From Minisyncoccota bacterium (GTDB lineage Bacteria > Patescibacteriota > Minisyncoccia > Phycocordibacterales > UBA9973): a stretch of DNA of 64,000 nucleotides. A program made the position numbers and the translations under genes. The notes under the pieces are model-generated. The model saw nothing but the letters and a program-made list of their open reading frames with translations, had not been told where the DNA came from and searched no databases. Below are positions 26,986 to 36,092 of the stretch, piece after piece (positions within the stretch are counted from its first letter, which is position 1; each line of letters begins with the position of its first letter). The stretch is from positions 87,806 through 151,805 of the forward strand of contig JBAZYS010000002.1 in NCBI GenBank assembly GCA_041659205.1. The letters are read 5' to 3'.

Positions 26986-28329
26986 ATGTCAAATCCATTA
27001 AATATACAATCATATAAAATCGCCTCATCGGCGATCCGCCGTAGAGGCGGAAATTTAAAACTTCCTGACAAGCCCGGTGTGTACTTTTTCTTAAAAAATG
27101 GAGAAATTTTATATATTGGTAAAGCAACATCACTCAAAGATAGAGTAAAAAGTTATCTTGGTAAAGATCTAATAGAAACAAGAGGTCCAATTCTTGTGGA
27201 TATGGTTTTCAAGGCGGATAAAATTGATTGGCAGGAGACTGACAGCGTACTTGAAGCATTGATACTTGAGGCAAATTTAATTAAAAAATATCAGCCTAAA
27301 TACAATACAAAAGAAAAATCAGATAAAAGTTTTAATTATGTTTGCATAACGAAGGAAAAATTACCTAAAGTAATCATTAAGAGAGGGAAAGAGATAAAAA
27401 ACTTTACCAAACAAAAATTTTCTCAGGTCCTCGGAAAAAATCCCCAGACCATTCAAAAATCTTTGTTTGGCAAAGTCTTTGGTCCATACCCTAATAGTTC
27501 TCAACTTCGAGAAGCTTTAAAAATAGTAAGAAGAATTTTCCCGTTCTTGGACGACAAGAGTAAAAATTATCTTGAATTTTACAAACAAATAAATTTAGTA
27601 CCAGATTTGGATGATAAAAAATTGTATTTGCAAAATATTCAAAACATTAAATTGTTTTTTGAAGGTAAAAAGAAAAAAGTTTTAAAAAATTTACAGAAAG
27701 AAATGAATGCATATTCTAAATTGCATGAATTTGAAAAGGCAGGAGAAGTAAAAAGACAAATTTTTGCACTTAAACATATTAATGACGTAGCTTTAATAAA
27801 AAACAGCCCCGCTTCTCATAATTCTTTCTCACTACGTACTGCCAAGCAGAATTCCTCGCTTGAAAAAATTACAAGAAGTGGGGTCTTCCGAATTGAAGCT
27901 TATGACATAGCCCACATGGGTGGTAAAAACATGGTTGGGGTTATGACTGTGGTGGAAGATGGGGAAGTGGCAAAAAGTGAATACAAAAAATTTAAGATAA
28001 GAACCCAAAGTGATGCAAATGATACAGGTGCGTTAAAAGAAGTGTTAGAAAGGCGTCTAACACATACAGAATGGCCTTATCCTAGTTTAATCGTTGTGGA
28101 TGGTGGGATAGCTCAAATAAATGCCACAAAAAAGGTATTGGCTAATTTGAAAATAAATATTCCCATAGTATCAGTCTTAAAAGATGAACGACATAAACCA
28201 AAAGCTATTATGGGAGAGAAGAATTTTGGTTTAAAATATGAGAGAGAGATTTTACTTGCAAATAGTGAAGCGCACAGGTTTGCTATTGCTTATCATAAAA
28301 ATATGCGTAACAGAAACTTTTTAAAATAA
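26986..28329 (+). CDS. uvrC: excinuclease ABC subunit C (short form lacking the C-terminal HhH region)
   Basis: GIY-YIG N-terminus (GVYFFLKNGEILYIGKATSLKDRVKSY). UVR-like helix. RNase-H-like endonuclease region (RIEAYDIAHMGG). Start set to ATG 26986, not the overlapping 26932. Confidence 0.85.
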   Translation: MSNPLNIQSYKIASSAIRRRGGNLKLPDKPGVYFFLKNGEILYIGKATSLKDRVKSYLGKDLIETRGPILVDMVFKADKIDWQETDSVLEALILEANLIKKYQPKYNTKEKSDKSFNYVCITKEKLPKVIIKRGKEIKNFTKQKFSQVLGKNPQTIQKSLFGKVFGPYPNSSQLREALKIVRRIFPFLDDKSKNYLEFYKQINLVPDLDDKKLYLQNIQNIKLFFEGKKKKVLKNLQKEMNAYSKLHEFEKAGEVKRQIFALKHINDVALIKNSPASHNSFSLRTAKQNSSLEKITRSGVFRIEAYDIAHMGGKNMVGVMTVVEDGEVAKSEYKKFKIRTQSDANDTGALKEVLERRLTHTEWPYPSLIVVDGGIAQINATKKVLANLKINIPIVSVLKDERHKPKAIMGEKNFGLKYEREILLANSEAHRFAIAYHKNMRNRNFLK

Positions 28330-28802
28330 TGAAAAAAGAAAACGTTTTAATCTTACATAATATACGAAGCGTCTCCAACGTCGGTGCGATGTTTCGTACG
28401 GCAGACGCAGCCGGAATAAATAAAATTTATTTGACTGGTTACACCCCAGCACCGCTTGATCGTTTCGGTAGGAAAAGAGGAGACTTGGCAAAGTCAGCAC
28501 TCGGTGCTGAAGAATTTGTGCCCTGGGAACAAAAGAAAAGTATTTCTGCACTACTTACTAAATTAAAGAAGGAAAATTTTTTAATTATTGGCATAGAGCA
28601 AGACAAAAAGTCTATTGATTATAAAAAGGTAAAAATTAAACAAAAGAATGCATTCTTGGTGGGTGAAGAGGTGGCTGGAATTTCTAAAGAAAATCTAAAA
28701 AAGTGCGATGTTATTGCTGAAATACCAATGCGTGGGAAAAAAGAATCCTTAAATGTATCTGTGGCGCTGGGGATCGCTTTATTTAGAATATGTAACTTAT
28801 AA
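28329..28802 (+). CDS. SPOUT-superfamily RNA 2'-O-methyltransferase (TrmH/SpoU family)
   Basis: SpoU motifs: LVGEEVAGIS, AEIPMRGKKESLNVSVALGIALF. Confidence 0.8.
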   Translation: MKKENVLILHNIRSVSNVGAMFRTADAAGINKIYLTGYTPAPLDRFGRKRGDLAKSALGAEEFVPWEQKKSISALLTKLKKENFLIIGIEQDKKSIDYKKVKIKQKNAFLVGEEVAGISKENLKKCDVIAEIPMRGKKESLNVSVALGIALFRICNL

Positions 28803-28895
28803 TGTCCGCATAAAATTTTGCTGAATTTTTGCTCAAGACTCGGCCCGTCGGCCTCCGTAGCTATTATAAATTTCATATTCTAAATTATTGGATAA

Positions 28896-28999
28896 GATAA
28901 AGAATAAAGTTTTTAAGGGGTTTCAAAGCTGACGAGCTGAGAATTTCAGGATTTTTTAAGCTTCAAAAAATCCGTACCGACAAAAATTTTATTTTTTAT
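28896..28999 (-). repeat. intergenic palindromic repeat family 1, copy C (reverse-complement orientation)
   Basis: The reverse complement of 28910..28978 reads GGTACGGATTTTTTGAAGCTTAAAAAATCCTGAAATTCTCAGCTCGTCAGCTTTGAAACCCCTTAAAAAC. Imperfect AT-rich inverted flanks. It lies between the convergent 3' ends of trmH-like and mutM. Confidence 0.8.
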
Positions 29000-29001
29000 C
29001 T

Positions 29002-29874
29002 TTACTTCTGATGCACTGAGCAAAAGTGGGCACTACGGCCGTTTACTACTATTCTTTTTATGATGCCCCTACAGCCTATTTTTCTACATTTTTCTCCTGT
29101 GCGTCTGTAGGCTTCGTGGTGCATTTGGAATTTACCTGGCAGGCCATAAATATTTTTATAATCTGACATTGAGTCTCCCCCGAAATCTATACCTTTTTTC
29201 AGTGTTTCTTTTATTGCTTTGAATATTAGTTCTAGCTCCTTTTTGTTGATTTTTGAAACTTTTCGTTCTGGGTGCACACTAGCTCGCCAGAGTATTTCGT
29301 CGGAATAAATATTTCCAATACCAGCGATGATACTCTGATTTATCAGAACTGTTTTTATCTTTCCGTTTGGTTTTTTATTTAATTGCTCATTTAGTTTTTC
29401 TAAAGTGAAATTTTTTTCTAGGGGCTCTGGACCGATATTATTTAGATGTCTTGTGTTATGTGCAGTTTTTGTATCAAGAAGAGTAATCTTTCCAAATTTT
29501 CTTAAATCAGAAAATACTAAATATTTTTTATTAGAAAGGGAAAAAACAACATGGGCAAATTTAATTTTGGGATCCTTCCCATAAAAAAGGTACCCTGTCA
29601 TTTTTAAATGTACGAGTATCGTTTTACTTGCCCCGATATGGCGTGGGCCCCCAGAAAGATTTATCAAAATATTTTTTGCTCGTCTTTCTATAGACAAAAC
29701 TTTTTTCCCTATAATTTCTTTCCTGAATACAGTAAAAAACTTAGGATTAGCAATTGATTCCTTTTGGCGTTTGTCTTTAGTGGACAAATCTGTCCAAACA
29801 TTTGTTATTTTTAGACCTAAAATTGTCTTTTCCAGGCCTCGTTTTGTTGTTTCTACTTCTGGTAATTCTGGCAT
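29002..29874 (-). CDS. mutM: formamidopyrimidine-DNA glycosylase (Fpg/MutM family)
   Basis: N-terminal MPELPEVE catalytic Pro2/Glu3. C-terminal zinc finger CRKIGCRG...C..H. Confidence 0.9.
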   Translation of the reverse strand: MPELPEVETTKRGLEKTILGLKITNVWTDLSTKDKRQKESIANPKFFTVFRKEIIGKKVLSIERRAKNILINLSGGPRHIGASKTILVHLKMTGYLFYGKDPKIKFAHVVFSLSNKKYLVFSDLRKFGKITLLDTKTAHNTRHLNNIGPEPLEKNFTLEKLNEQLNKKPNGKIKTVLINQSIIAGIGNIYSDEILWRASVHPERKVSKINKKELELIFKAIKETLKKGIDFGGDSMSDYKNIYGLPGKFQMHHEAYRRTGEKCRKIGCRGIIKRIVVNGRSAHFCSVHQK

Positions 29875-29956
29875 TCTGTTAATAAATTAAAAATAATAAC
29901 ATTATCTTAGCACGAGTTTGCAGATTTTTTAACGGGACACGTGTTATAATCATTCA

Positions 29957-30817
29957 ATGTTAATGAAAAGATTACGATTTATATTATTTATTTTTTCAAT
30001 ATTTTTCCTGGTGCCTCTTTCAAAGAGCCAAGCTAGTGTTGCCGCGCCTATTAAAATTTTATTAGTTCCAGGGCATGATGATGAAGTTTGGGGAGCAAAA
30101 TATAGGAATGTAAAAGAGGCAGATATGAATTTGGCAGTAGCTACCCAGATTTATAATCTCTTAAAGAAAGATAAAAGATTTGATGTCTATGTTACTCGTG
30201 ACAATAATGGTTATACAAAAGATTTTGCAGATTATTTCCCTGCACAAAGAGATAAAATTTTAGCTTTTGAACAAAATGCTAAAAAAATAATGAATAGTAA
30301 TATTTCTAGTGGTAATTTTGTTCAGAAAGAGAACGCACCACATCACACCGTGAGTGAAGACATTGCCTTACGTTTGTATGGTTTTAATAAATGGGCGAAT
30401 GAAAATAAAATAGATGCAGTAGTTCATTTTCATTTTAATGATTATCCGCGTTCCAATAGCCAAAAAATTGGCAAGTACAAAGGATTTGCCATCTATATGC
30501 CAGATGGGCAATTTGTAAATTCTAGGGAAAGTGGACAGCTCGCCGCTAATATTTTTACCCAGTTGCATAAAAAATATGCATCCAGTGACTGGAAACCAGA
30601 AGCAGGAGGACTTGTACCAGACCAAAAGCTCATTGCTATTGGTGCGAATAATACATTGAATGCTTCCGTGCGCTCTGTTCTAATAGAATATGGATATGTT
30701 TATGAAAAGAAATTTAGAACAAAGGCTGCGCGTCTTTCCGCTTATAAAAACATGGCAAGTCTTACCTCAACAGGAATAAAAAATTATTTTTTCCCCAAAA
30801 AAGTTAGCACAAAATAA
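29957..30817 (+). CDS. secreted N-acetylmuramoyl-L-alanine amidase (Amidase_3 family)
   Basis: Signal peptide. LLVPGHDDEVWGAKY...YVTRDNN matches the amidase_3 zinc-binding core. Confidence 0.8.
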   Translation: MLMKRLRFILFIFSIFFLVPLSKSQASVAAPIKILLVPGHDDEVWGAKYRNVKEADMNLAVATQIYNLLKKDKRFDVYVTRDNNGYTKDFADYFPAQRDKILAFEQNAKKIMNSNISSGNFVQKENAPHHTVSEDIALRLYGFNKWANENKIDAVVHFHFNDYPRSNSQKIGKYKGFAIYMPDGQFVNSRESGQLAANIFTQLHKKYASSDWKPEAGGLVPDQKLIAIGANNTLNASVRSVLIEYGYVYEKKFRTKAARLSAYKNMASLTSTGIKNYFFPKKVSTK

Positions 30818-30923
30818 ATAAAAAGATTTTTGCCGGTACGAATTTTTTGAAGCTTAAAAAATTCTGAAATTCTCGGCTCGTCAGCCTCGAAACCCCTTAA
30901 AAACCTTTTTATTTATTTTGTAC
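30807..30923 (+). repeat. intergenic palindromic repeat family 1, copy D, enclosed by a 19-bp inverted repeat that overlaps both convergent stop codons
   Basis: Core 30838..30904 (GGTACGAATTTTTTGAAGCTTAAAAAATTCTGAAATTCTCGGCTCGTCAGCCTCGAAACCCCTTAAAAAC). Flanks GCACAAAATAAATAAAAAG and CTTTTTATTTATTTTGTAC. The left flank contains the amidase stop and the right flank the ruvA stop. Confidence 0.8.
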
Positions 30924-31479
30924 TTAATATTTTTAGTGCCTCACGGATTCTGGTGTTCATGGTTGCGTCAGGGGAGCACTTCTTTAATGCCTCCCGTGCT
31001 TCGTTTTGAGAATAACCTAGTGATTTTAAAGCCTCGAGTGCATCCAATTCTTCTTTAAGGGAACTTTCTCCTTTATCTTCTCCTATCTTGTCTCGCAACT
31101 CTATCACAATTTTTTCTGCCGTTTTTTTACCTATACCAGATATTTTTGTAAGGTATGAGACGTCTCCAGTCCCAATAGCTTTTTTGAGTGTTTCGATTGA
31201 AGCAATTCCAAGGATTGCGAGAGCCGAGCGTGGCCCAATGCCAGATACATTTATGAGCATTTCAAAGAATTCTAATTCTTCTCGGTCTAGAAAGCCGTAT
31301 AGGTCGAGTGCATCTTCCCGCACTCGGGTATGAATGGAGAGCATTATTTCATCACCGACTTTTTTTACTTTAGATAAAGTGTCTGGAGAGGCACTTATTT
31401 TATAACCAACTCCGCCCGTCTCCACTATTAAGAATTTATCTGTTTTTAATATAATTTTTCCTTTTATGCTTCCGATCAT
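30913..31479 (-). CDS. ruvA: Holliday junction DNA helicase RuvA
   Basis: MIGSIKGKI N-terminal OB domain. Two HhH motifs (GIGPRSALAIL, GIGKKTAEKI). C-terminal RuvB-binding domain. Confidence 0.9.
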   Translation of the reverse strand: MIGSIKGKIILKTDKFLIVETGGVGYKISASPDTLSKVKKVGDEIMLSIHTRVREDALDLYGFLDREELEFFEMLINVSGIGPRSALAILGIASIETLKKAIGTGDVSYLTKISGIGKKTAEKIVIELRDKIGEDKGESSLKEELDALEALKSLGYSQNEAREALKKCSPDATMNTRIREALKILSTK

Positions 31480-31532
31480 CCATTAAGCATAGCATAATTG
31501 CATTTTTTTGGGTTTTTTGCTATATTACATAT

Positions 31533-31784
31533 ATGCCAATAACACAATCAGCTAAAAAAGCAATCCGAAGTTCCCTTCGCAAGAAGGCCTTTAATGATGG
31601 ACGTAAGAAAATAATGAAGGAGGTAATCAAAAAGATTGAGAAAATTGCTAAAACCGACAAGGCTGAAGCTGCAAAAATGCTTTCTTCTGCTTTCCAAGCT
31701 ATAGATAAATCTGCACAAAAAGGTGTTATTAAGAAAAATAACGCTGCTCGTAAGAAATCTCGTTTATCAAAGTTGGTCAAATAA
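31533..31784 (+). CDS. rpsT: 30S ribosomal protein S20
   Basis: MPITQSAKKAIRSSLRKKAFN... Lys/Ala-rich 83 aa typical of S20. Confidence 0.9.
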   Translation: MPITQSAKKAIRSSLRKKAFNDGRKKIMKEVIKKIEKIAKTDKAEAAKMLSSAFQAIDKSAQKGVIKKNNAARKKSRLSKLVK

Positions 31785-31885
31785 AGAATAATATTTTTTT
31801 GGTACAGATTTTTTGAAGCTTAAAAAATCTTGAAGTTTGCTCGCCGTCGCTCGCAAAACCCCTTCAAAATAATATTCTTTATTTT
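31780..31885 (+). repeat. intergenic palindromic repeat family 1, copy E
   Basis: Core 31801..31866 (GGTACAGATTTTTTGAAGCTTAAAAAATCTTGAAGTTTGCTCGCCGTCGCTCGCAAAACCCCTTCAAAAT). Near-perfect inverted flanks AAATAAAGAATAATATTTT and AAAATAATATTCTTTATTTT. The left flank overlaps the rpsT stop. Confidence 0.8.
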
Positions 31886-31894
31886 TATAAATTT

Positions 31895-32158
31895 ATGAAT
31901 CATTTACTTGAATTTTATGGAACTGAGTGCCCACATTGCGTGGATATGCATCAACTCGTGGAGAAGTTAGAAAAAGAAGAAGGAATTAAAGTTGAAGCGA
32001 TAGAAGTTTGGCATAATAAAGAAAATGAAAAGCGTTTACTTGAATTAGACAAGGACCTTTGTGGGGGAGTACCTTTTTTCTATAATACAAAAACAACTAA
32101 ATGGATTTGTGGAGGAGATAGTTACGAAAATCTAAAAGCTTGGGCGCAGGGAAAATAA
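31895..32158 (+). CDS. thioredoxin-fold protein with CPHC active site (glutaredoxin-like)
   Basis: 87 aa. CxxC motif (CPHC) near the N-terminus, typical of small thioredoxin/glutaredoxin-like proteins. Confidence 0.6.
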   Translation: MNHLLEFYGTECPHCVDMHQLVEKLEKEEGIKVEAIEVWHNKENEKRLLELDKDLCGGVPFFYNTKTTKWICGGDSYENLKAWAQGK

Positions 32159-32203
32159 TGCCTTCGGTATTGCTCAGAAAAAAATAAATATACAAAATAA
32201 AAA

Positions 32204-32226
32204 AGCCCCCAGAAGGGGCTTTTTTA
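32204..32226. terminator. bidirectional rho-independent terminator (AGCCCC-CAGAA-GGGGCT flanked by A and T runs) shared by the thioredoxin-like gene and cspA
   Basis: GC stem with A-tract upstream and T-tract downstream, between convergent genes. Confidence 0.8.
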
Positions 32227-32238
32227 TTTGAGTGAATA

Positions 32239-32436
32239 TTACGCGCGTTGTACGTTTGTAGCATTCAATCCTTTTGGTGATTCTTCAGTTTCGAAAGAAA
32301 CAGTATCACCTTCCTTTAACTCGTCAAAAGTTACGCCAACAAGAGAGTTACTGTGGAAGAATAAATCCTTCTGTAGTCCTTCTGCTGTTATAAAGCCGAA
32401 ACCTTTATCAGTGAGTCTTTTTATTGTACCAGTCAT
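32239..32436 (-). CDS. cspA: cold-shock protein (CspA family)
   Basis: GTIKRLTDKGFGFI RNP1 motif and FFH RNP2. 65 aa. Confidence 0.9.
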   Translation of the reverse strand: MTGTIKRLTDKGFGFITAEGLQKDLFFHSNSLVGVTFDELKEGDTVSFETEESPKGLNATNVQRA

Positions 32437-32688
32437 TGATTTTTTTGTTTAAATTATTAAATTACAAATAAAGGATAAATCCTTTAATGCAACATCGTTC
32501 GGACATTATAAATACAATTTGTTTTTATACGCTCCTCACTTGTCGCAGCAAGATTACTTTAGAAATCGACTCTTTTCGCACCTACTTTGTACATAGAGTA
32601 TATACGAATAAAGTCATTTTGTCAACCCCCTGGGTGAATATATCGGAAAAACCTTTCTATTTTGGCTTAAATAGGCTAGTCTGTATAA

Positions 32689-34185
32689 ATGTCTAAAGAA
32701 GTGAAAGAAACAGTAAAAACAGGAGAAACTATAGGTAGATTTGATAATGTCTCATTTGAGTGGGGGGTCAATAAGCCTATTTTAGATGAGGTAAGTTTTA
32801 CCATTAGGCGAGGAGCGAAACTTGCTTTAATGGGGCAAAATGGCGCTGGGAAAAGCACTATTTTTGGACTTATCTCTGGCACCTGTCGTCCAGAGTCTGG
32901 GATTGTTAATATTGTGAAAGGAGTGAGTATCGCTTCTGCTCTACAGGTGATTCCGCGTGACCAACTTGATTTAACTGTTCGAGAATTTTTTGAAAAGTGT
33001 TTTAAGGATAAAGTTTATGATATTGATCCTAAGATTGATGATGTTTTAGAAGTTGTAAATCTAAAAGGTCATACAAAAGTGCACGATAGAATTATTCGCA
33101 CTTTTTCTGGGGGACAGCAAGCACGTTTACTCCTCGCTTCGGGGATTATTCAAAATGCGGATTTACTTTTACTTGATGAACCGACAAATAATTTAGATAG
33201 AGCTGGAATTGAGCACTTAACAAAATTTCTAGTTAATTATCCAAAAACAGTTTTAGTTATTTCCCATGATGCTGAATTTTTAAATGCTTTTACCCACGGA
33301 GTGCTTTATTTAGATGTTTACACAAAAAAAATTGAGCAATATACAGGAAACTATTTTGATGTAGTGAAAGACATTGCTGCGAGAGTAGAAAAAGAAAATA
33401 TGAAGAATGCTCAGTTGCAAAAAGAGATTCAAGCAAAGAAGGAGCAAGCAAATGTCTTCGCATATAAAGGGGGACGACTTCGCTTGGTTGCTAAAAGAAT
33501 GCGAGAAAAAGCAGAAGAACTCGAAGAAGAGATAGTGGATGTCCGAAAAGAAGATAAAGCTATCAGGCCTTTCATCATTCCTTCTCAACCGGACCTCATC
33601 GGCGAGATTTTAAATATTTCTTCTTTCACGACGATGAAAAATGGAAAAATAATAAAACATAAAGCGCATGTTTCTTTAAATAAAAATAAACATTTACTTT
33701 TGCAAGGGCCCAATGGTATTGGCAAGACAACCCTCCTCGAGAGGCTCGCGAGTGGTCATGCAGACGGAGAAAAAGTAAAAGAGGGCATACGTATTGGGTA
33801 TTATAGACAAGATTTTTCTACACTAGATTTTAATGACACTGTTTATAATTCCTTAGCAGATGCTATGCGTGAAGGAGGAGAAAGATTGGATGAAGAGCGT
33901 ATGCGTTCTATCGCGTCTGGTTTTCAAATTACTGGGGAGTTTATTCGGACAAAAATTGGAGACCTGTCTGAGGGACAGAAGGGACTCGTAGCTTTCGCTA
34001 GGTTAGTCCTTCAGAAACCCGGCCTGCTTATATTAGATGAACCTACAAACCACATAAATTTCCGCCATATACCAGTTATTGCAGAGGCACTTCACAAATA
34101 CGCGGGAGCGATGGTTATCGTTTCTCACGTACCTGAATTTATAAAACAAATTAGGATTGACGAAGTATTGGATCTAGAAAAGTAG
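32689..34185 (+). CDS. ABC-F family ATPase (tandem ABC domains, no TM domain; translation-factor type)
   Basis: Two Walker A sites (GQNGAGKST, GPNGIGKTT) and two ABC signatures (FSGGQQARLLLA, LSEGQKGLVAFARL), with a charged inter-domain linker. Confidence 0.85.
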   Translation: MSKEVKETVKTGETIGRFDNVSFEWGVNKPILDEVSFTIRRGAKLALMGQNGAGKSTIFGLISGTCRPESGIVNIVKGVSIASALQVIPRDQLDLTVREFFEKCFKDKVYDIDPKIDDVLEVVNLKGHTKVHDRIIRTFSGGQQARLLLASGIIQNADLLLLDEPTNNLDRAGIEHLTKFLVNYPKTVLVISHDAEFLNAFTHGVLYLDVYTKKIEQYTGNYFDVVKDIAARVEKENMKNAQLQKEIQAKKEQANVFAYKGGRLRLVAKRMREKAEELEEEIVDVRKEDKAIRPFIIPSQPDLIGEILNISSFTTMKNGKIIKHKAHVSLNKNKHLLLQGPNGIGKTTLLERLASGHADGEKVKEGIRIGYYRQDFSTLDFNDTVYNSLADAMREGGERLDEERMRSIASGFQITGEFIRTKIGDLSEGQKGLVAFARLVLQKPGLLILDEPTNHINFRHIPVIAEALHKYAGAMVIVSHVPEFIKQIRIDEVLDLEK

Positions 34186-34879
34186 ATAATTCTTTGCCTA
34201 TAATAGGGCGAAAAGTATTAGGCTTTAGATTACCCAATGTTATATTCATAAATCTCTCACGTTTAAGGTCTGCAACTTCTTGAAAGAGGGCTGAACACAT
34301 TCGGCGGATTTGATGTTTTTTACCTTCGGTTAAGATTATTTTAAAAGTAGAGGGACCCAAGATTTTAACCTTACAAGGTTTGGTTTTATATCCCTCAATA
34401 TTTACTCCTGCTTCCATTTTTTCTTTAAAGTTTGAGCGTAGTTTTTCTTTTGTCCGCACTACGTATTCCTTCTCATGAAAATATTTTGGATTTAAAAGTG
34501 GGTCAGTGATACGTCCATCGTTTGTTAGGATAAGTAGTCCATGAGAATTTTTATCCAGTCTGCCGATAGGGAATACATCCTTGGGAATATTTTTGTTTTT
34601 TATTTCTTCCTTAATGTCTGTCTCATCTCCTTGGGGTGAGTGGGTGATGACATCTATAGGTTTATTGTAAGCGAAATATATATATTCTTTTGCTTTTGCA
34701 CCCTTTACTTCAACGACATCTTTTTCATTTACTTTGCTACCGAGGACGGCTAATTTTTTATTGATGAATACCTTTTTGTTAGCCACGAGCTCATCCGCCC
34801 CTCGTCTGGTAGAGATTTTTTTAAGGGCCAGATATTTGTTTATCCGCATGGGGTATAGGTTTTTTGTTGTTTCCTTCAT
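34151..34879 (-). CDS. pseudouridine synthase, RsuA/RluB family (S4 domain + catalytic domain)
   Basis: S4 RNA-binding N-terminus (RINKYLALKKISTRRGADELV). Catalytic GRLDKNSHGLLILTNDG. The real start may be the internal Met (MRINKY, 34849). Confidence 0.8.
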   Translation of the reverse strand: MKETTKNLYPMRINKYLALKKISTRRGADELVANKKVFINKKLAVLGSKVNEKDVVEVKGAKAKEYIYFAYNKPIDVITHSPQGDETDIKEEIKNKNIPKDVFPIGRLDKNSHGLLILTNDGRITDPLLNPKYFHEKEYVVRTKEKLRSNFKEKMEAGVNIEGYKTKPCKVKILGPSTFKIILTEGKKHQIRRMCSALFQEVADLKRERFMNITLGNLKPNTFRPIIGKELSTFLDPILRQS

Positions 34880-34959
34880 AAATATTAGTTTACCACACTT
34901 GCTAAGCGTATGTGGGGGAGAGTATCATTAGAAGAATTATAAATTAATCATCTTATTAT

Positions 34960-36009
34960 ATGCTAAAACAAAAATTTTATATTGTAATCGTTCTAGTTTT
35001 AACTTTAGCCTTTAGCACAAAAGCTCTTGCATCTTTAACTTTCAGTTCGGCTGCTATCACAGGTACAACAGCTTCTACAATTGATGTGGGTTCTGGGAAT
35101 GCTTTGTCATTACAAACAACAAATGGGGGCAATATTATTACAGGAAGTGGAAATGTTGGTATTGGAATTACTCCAACAAACAAACTAACTGTTTCAGGAA
35201 CTTCAAATTTTACAGGACACATGGCGATTGGGCCGACAGCGCTTGTGGATTCTGGTGGAATATATCCAAATATGTTGGACATAGAAGATACTCTTTCTAT
35301 ATCATCTAACGGTGCGGCGATAGCTATTTATACGATTTACGATCCAACAATAAATGGTTTGGATTATTTTGGTACTGATTCTAATGTTACTATACCTATT
35401 ACAAACAATAAAAATATTTCACAAGTAATAGGAAATAATAATAATGTAATTAGCAATGGAAGCGGGAATATAACAGTATCGATGGAGGGGGGTGATTTTG
35501 CTGCCTATCAATCCGGCACTGGTTCGGTAACTAGTCTTAGGGGTATTAATGCCGAAGCAGTAAATGAAGGATCTTTATCCATTGCAGAGCAATCTTCTAT
35601 AGTTGCACGTGTTTATAATACTAAGGTAGGTAGTACTATTACGAATATTTATGGATTGAGAATTCGTGATATTGTATCAAATGCTGGTACTTTTACAAAT
35701 ACATATGGAATATATATTGGTGACGTTTCTATTGGCACGCAAACGAATTATCCATTTTCCCTATATTCTTCGGACGCAAATTCCTATAACTATTTTGCAG
35801 GGAATGTCGGAGTTGGAGTTACTGCACCCTCACAAAAACTTGAAGTGAATGGTGGAGTTCGTTTGAATACAGTTACTGCTAAGCCTACTTGTGATGTGAC
35901 AGTGCGTGGCACACTATGGACAGCGCAGGGTGGAGCAGGAGTAGCCGATACGGCTGAAATTTGTCGCAAAGGTGCTGCAGATACTTATTCCTGGGTTACG
36001 ATTTACTAA
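34960..36009 (+). CDS. secreted Gly/Thr/Asn-rich protein with tail-fibre-like GNVG(I/V)G(I/V)T..(K)L.V.G repeats
   Basis: Signal peptide. Two copies of GNVGIGITPTNKLTVSG / GNVGVGVTAPSQKLEVNG. Low-complexity beta-rich composition. Confidence 0.5.
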   Translation: MLKQKFYIVIVLVLTLAFSTKALASLTFSSAAITGTTASTIDVGSGNALSLQTTNGGNIITGSGNVGIGITPTNKLTVSGTSNFTGHMAIGPTALVDSGGIYPNMLDIEDTLSISSNGAAIAIYTIYDPTINGLDYFGTDSNVTIPITNNKNISQVIGNNNNVISNGSGNITVSMEGGDFAAYQSGTGSVTSLRGINAEAVNEGSLSIAEQSSIVARVYNTKVGSTITNIYGLRIRDIVSNAGTFTNTYGIYIGDVSIGTQTNYPFSLYSSDANSYNYFAGNVGVGVTAPSQKLEVNGGVRLNTVTAKPTCDVTVRGTLWTAQGGAGVADTAEICRKGAADTYSWVTIY

Positions 36010-36092
36010 TTTTATTTAATAGTAGTTTGAGGTCTAATCTGTACAGACTGCACATTTTCGCTACCAGCTACGTTTAGCTATTTTAATAATAA

